A stretch of 11,190 nt of DNA from a candidate division FCPU426 bacterium. Lineage in GTDB: Bacteria; Oederibacteriota; JAAXVQ01; JAUVAV01. The stretch lies in assembly GCA_030637655.1 (NCBI GenBank), contig DAOWGI010000006.1:1-11190 (forward strand), read 5' to 3'. Shown here one piece after another: positions 8,779 to 11,190 of this stretch (position 1 is its first letter; each line of letters opens with the position of its first letter). A program made the translations under genes and the position numbers. Under the pieces are notes generated by a model. The model was not told where the DNA came from. It did not search any database and worked only from the letters and a program-made list of their open reading frames with translations.

Positions 8779-9354
8779 ATGCCGCAACCAGCCAATAGAA
8801 GCAATCGGAGAAGACAGTTTATAGTAGCAAAAGGTTTTCAACATAGAATTATTTGGCATTTTATAGGTGTTGTAATTATCAGCATTTTATTTTCTCACGC
8901 AATTTCTTTGGGTTATTTGAAATTAAGGGAAATAACCCAGTCTTCCGGCCGGGATTTTATTTATCTGGCCGGCAATGCGCAGGAAACCCTGGCTTTTTCA
9001 AGTTTGCTGGATGTTTTGTGGTTGCCGCTGCTTATATCAGCTTTAGTGGGTATCTTAATAATAGTAATTTTTGGCCTTCTTTATTCCCATCGAATAGCCG
9101 GACCGCTTTTTAATTTAAAACGAAACATGCGTCAAGTCGGTGAAGGAGATCTTAACGCCTGCATGCAAATAAGGAAAAATGACGAGCTGCATGATGTTGA
9201 AGTAGCTTTTAATCAAATGGTAAAAGGATTGAAAAATCGTTTTGGAGAAAAAAAAAAAACAAGTAAGGAAATAGGAAAAAATGTTGAAAATCGGCCGAGT
9301 ATTGATTATAAGCTGTTTTGCCATAAGCTGTTTCTCGCCGCTTTTAGCGTTTGA
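8779..9354 (+). CDS. Small membrane protein with 2 TM helices and a HAMP domain, no output domain; true C-terminus uncertain
   Basis: AAGGAGAGAG upstream. RRRQFIVAKGFQ N-terminus, two TM segments, SHRIAGP...GDL...IRKNDEL...FNQM HAMP. The tail after the A12 run (9248-9259) overlaps the next gene by 74 nt and may be a frameshift product. Confidence 0.8.
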   Translation: MPQPANRSNRRRQFIVAKGFQHRIIWHFIGVVIISILFSHAISLGYLKLREITQSSGRDFIYLAGNAQETLAFSSLLDVLWLPLLISALVGILIIVIFGLLYSHRIAGPLFNLKRNMRQVGEGDLNACMQIRKNDELHDVEVAFNQMVKGLKNRFGEKKKTSKEIGKNVENRPSIDYKLFCHKLFLAAFSV

Positions 9355-10840
9355 GAGAAGAATTGGCGCTCGTCCCATGGGCATGGGCGATGCTTTTTCG
9401 GCGTTGGCTGATGATATGAATGCTATGAATTACAACCCAGCCGGTCTGGCGGTGGGAAAAAATATTGAATTTTCATTAGAGTACGCTAATCTTTATCCGG
9501 GTTTGGATGACGGCAATGTTTATGAAAATCATCTGGTTTATACCCAGTCGCTTTATGACAGCGGCGGTTTTGGCTTGGCTTGGAATAACCGGACAGTCTC
9601 AAATCTTTACAATGAAAACGAGATTTTATTTGGTTATGCGATTCGTCCCTCTAAATCCCTGCCTTTTTGGATCGGATTAACTACTAAACTTTTTTATCTT
9701 AGTTATTTCGAAGAAAACAGCCGGGATGCCAATTCATATTTTGCGGATGGTTTTGAAAAATTTCAATTTGCGCTTGATGTTGGCGCTATTTTTCAAATTC
9801 TGCCTGAAAGTAAAACTTTCCCTGAACTGCGAGCGGGATTTTCTTTATTAAATGTAAATCAACCTGATTTAGGACTGCGCGCGGAATCACTTCAGCCCAT
9901 GGAAATTCGCATAGGAACCAGCGCGGTGTACGGCGAATGGGACGGCGCTCTGGATCTGGTTTTTACTGATTCCCAGCTTCAGATTCATGCGGGCGCAGAA
10001 AAATGGTTTTTCAATCGGATGTGGGGCACACGGATGGGTGTGATGGTTGGCGAGGGAACCGGGCTGACCTGGACCATGGGCGGCAGTTGTGCTTTTGCGT
10101 TGTCTTTACTGCAAATGCGCCTGAATTATGCTTTTAATTATTCGCTCGGTGGTATTCAAAAAACTGCGGGTATTCATCGTGTTTCTCTTGATTTTTTACA
10201 TACACTTCCGACTAAGGAAGATTTAAAACGCCGGGCTAAAGAGCGCCGGGAGAGGGAAAAGATAGAGTTTGCCAATAACAAGCAAAGCGCGTTTGAACTT
10301 TTTTCAAGAACGAAAAGCCGGGTGGTTAATTTAGAGAACAAACCAATCTATCGCGTTCACCCTGGACCCATTGATCGGTTTAAAGCAGATATGCAAAGCG
10401 CTATGAATTTTATGGGTGATTTGAAATATAAACAGGCAATACAGATTTTAAACGCGGTCAATAAAGGTATTGAAGAATTAGAGCAAAAGTATAGCCGGGA
10501 AGCAGAGAACAGGATTGAAGAAGAAAAAAAGCAAAAGACTATAAAACAGGCCCGGATCGCCAGACATAAAAAATTGGTTAGATTGGTAAAAGCGTATTTG
10601 ATGAAAAAAATATTGCTTTATGCTTCAACTCGTCAAAAAATCAAGCAATTGCGAATCAGTGAAGATAAAAAATACGATTCTGAGTTATATGCCGCGGAAC
10701 AAATAATTTATAAATGCCGGGAAAAAATTGTGGTGCAAAGGGATATTCGCGGATTTTTACGTGAATTGAAAAAAGCTGTGAACATGGTTGCAGTGGTTAA
10801 AAAGAAATTGGGAGAGGATCAGTTGAGAGGAAGTCAATGA
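9281..10840 (+). CDS. PorV/PorQ (UPF0164)-like beta-barrel with a long charged helical C-terminal extension
   Basis: AGGA before ATG 9281. Signal peptide ends [32 protein letters not shown] motif. Barrel ends around LNYAF...HRVSLDF (about 10195), followed by about 214 aa of K/R/E-rich helical sequence. Confidence 0.85.
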   Translation: MLKIGRVLIISCFAISCFSPLLAFERRIGARPMGMGDAFSALADDMNAMNYNPAGLAVGKNIEFSLEYANLYPGLDDGNVYENHLVYTQSLYDSGGFGLAWNNRTVSNLYNENEILFGYAIRPSKSLPFWIGLTTKLFYLSYFEENSRDANSYFADGFEKFQFALDVGAIFQILPESKTFPELRAGFSLLNVNQPDLGLRAESLQPMEIRIGTSAVYGEWDGALDLVFTDSQLQIHAGAEKWFFNRMWGTRMGVMVGEGTGLTWTMGGSCAFALSLLQMRLNYAFNYSLGGIQKTAGIHRVSLDFLHTLPTKEDLKRRAKERREREKIEFANNKQSAFELFSRTKSRVVNLENKPIYRVHPGPIDRFKADMQSAMNFMGDLKYKQAIQILNAVNKGIEELEQKYSREAENRIEEEKKQKTIKQARIARHKKLVRLVKAYLMKKILLYASTRQKIKQLRISEDKKYDSELYAAEQIIYKCREKIVVQRDIRGFLRELKKAVNMVAVVKKKLGEDQLRGSQ

Positions 10841-11190
10841 GGCAATGTTTGTTGGTAGTTTTTTCAATAACGCTCTTTTTGTCGCTGCTAATAGGTCAAA
10901 ATGCAATTGCTGCGAAGACGAAGACAATAACACCAACCAACACGCCGACTTCAACAGATACGCCGACCTCGACCGACACACCAACCCATACCATAACACC
11001 AACCGGTACGCCTACTAATACGCCGACCGGTACGCCTACTGGCACTCCGACCGCAACACCGACCAACTCACCATTAGCAGATACGCCGACCGGTACGCCT
11101 ACTGGCACTCCGACCGCAACACCGACCAACTCACCATTAGCAGATACACCGACTGATACGCCGACCGGTACGCCCACTGGTACTCCGACC
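10837..11190 (+). CDS. Secreted Thr/Pro-rich repeat protein (partial, runs off the window end; absent from the ORF track)
   Basis: ATG 10837 overlaps the upstream stop (ATGA), with GAGAGG upstream. Reads [44 protein letters not shown]...TPTGTPT and stays open for 118 codons to the end. Confidence 0.88.
   Translation, partial: MRQCLLVVFSITLFLSLLIGQNAIAAKTKTITPTNTPTSTDTPTSTDTPTHTITPTGTPTNTPTGTPTGTPTATPTNSPLADTPTGTPTGTPTATPTNSPLADTPTDTPTGTPTGTPT
11018..11190 (+). repeat. 63-bp coding tandem repeat within the Thr/Pro tract
   Basis: 11018-11080 and 11081-11143 are identical (encoding [21 protein letters not shown]). A third partial copy starts at 11156 with two synonymous differences. An underlying 12-bp (xTPT) period is also present. 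Confidence 0.9.

Noticed and set aside
10757-11177. Minus-strand ORFs including the GVPV-repeat 93-aa ORF
   Set aside because: Antisense reading of the Thr/Pro repeat gene, which has a signal peptide and a coupled start on the + strand.

Overview
Bacterial window; all supported genes are on the + strand. Bases 1-722 hold the 3' ends of two nested group II introns. An inner intron (end of its RT/maturase ORF at 2-64, D5 68-101, D6 to about 141) sits immediately after the position where the YADD motif of an outer intron's RT should be. The outer ORF remainder runs about 141-638, with D5 at 658-690 and D6 ending at about 722. The outer intron in turn appears to interrupt a REP-like palindromic repeat, and an intact relative of that repeat lies at 7317-7430. 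The rest is a cell-envelope/secretion cluster: two large signal-peptide beta-propeller proteins with T9SS-like C-terminal sorting domains, two PorV/PorQ (UPF0164)-like outer-membrane barrels (one with a long helical tail), a membrane HAMP protein with a degenerate GGDEF domain and intact RxxD I-site, a small stand-alone HAMP membrane protein, and the start of a secreted Thr/Pro-repeat protein missing from the ORF track. All family assignments are from motif recognition by eye; no database searches were run.
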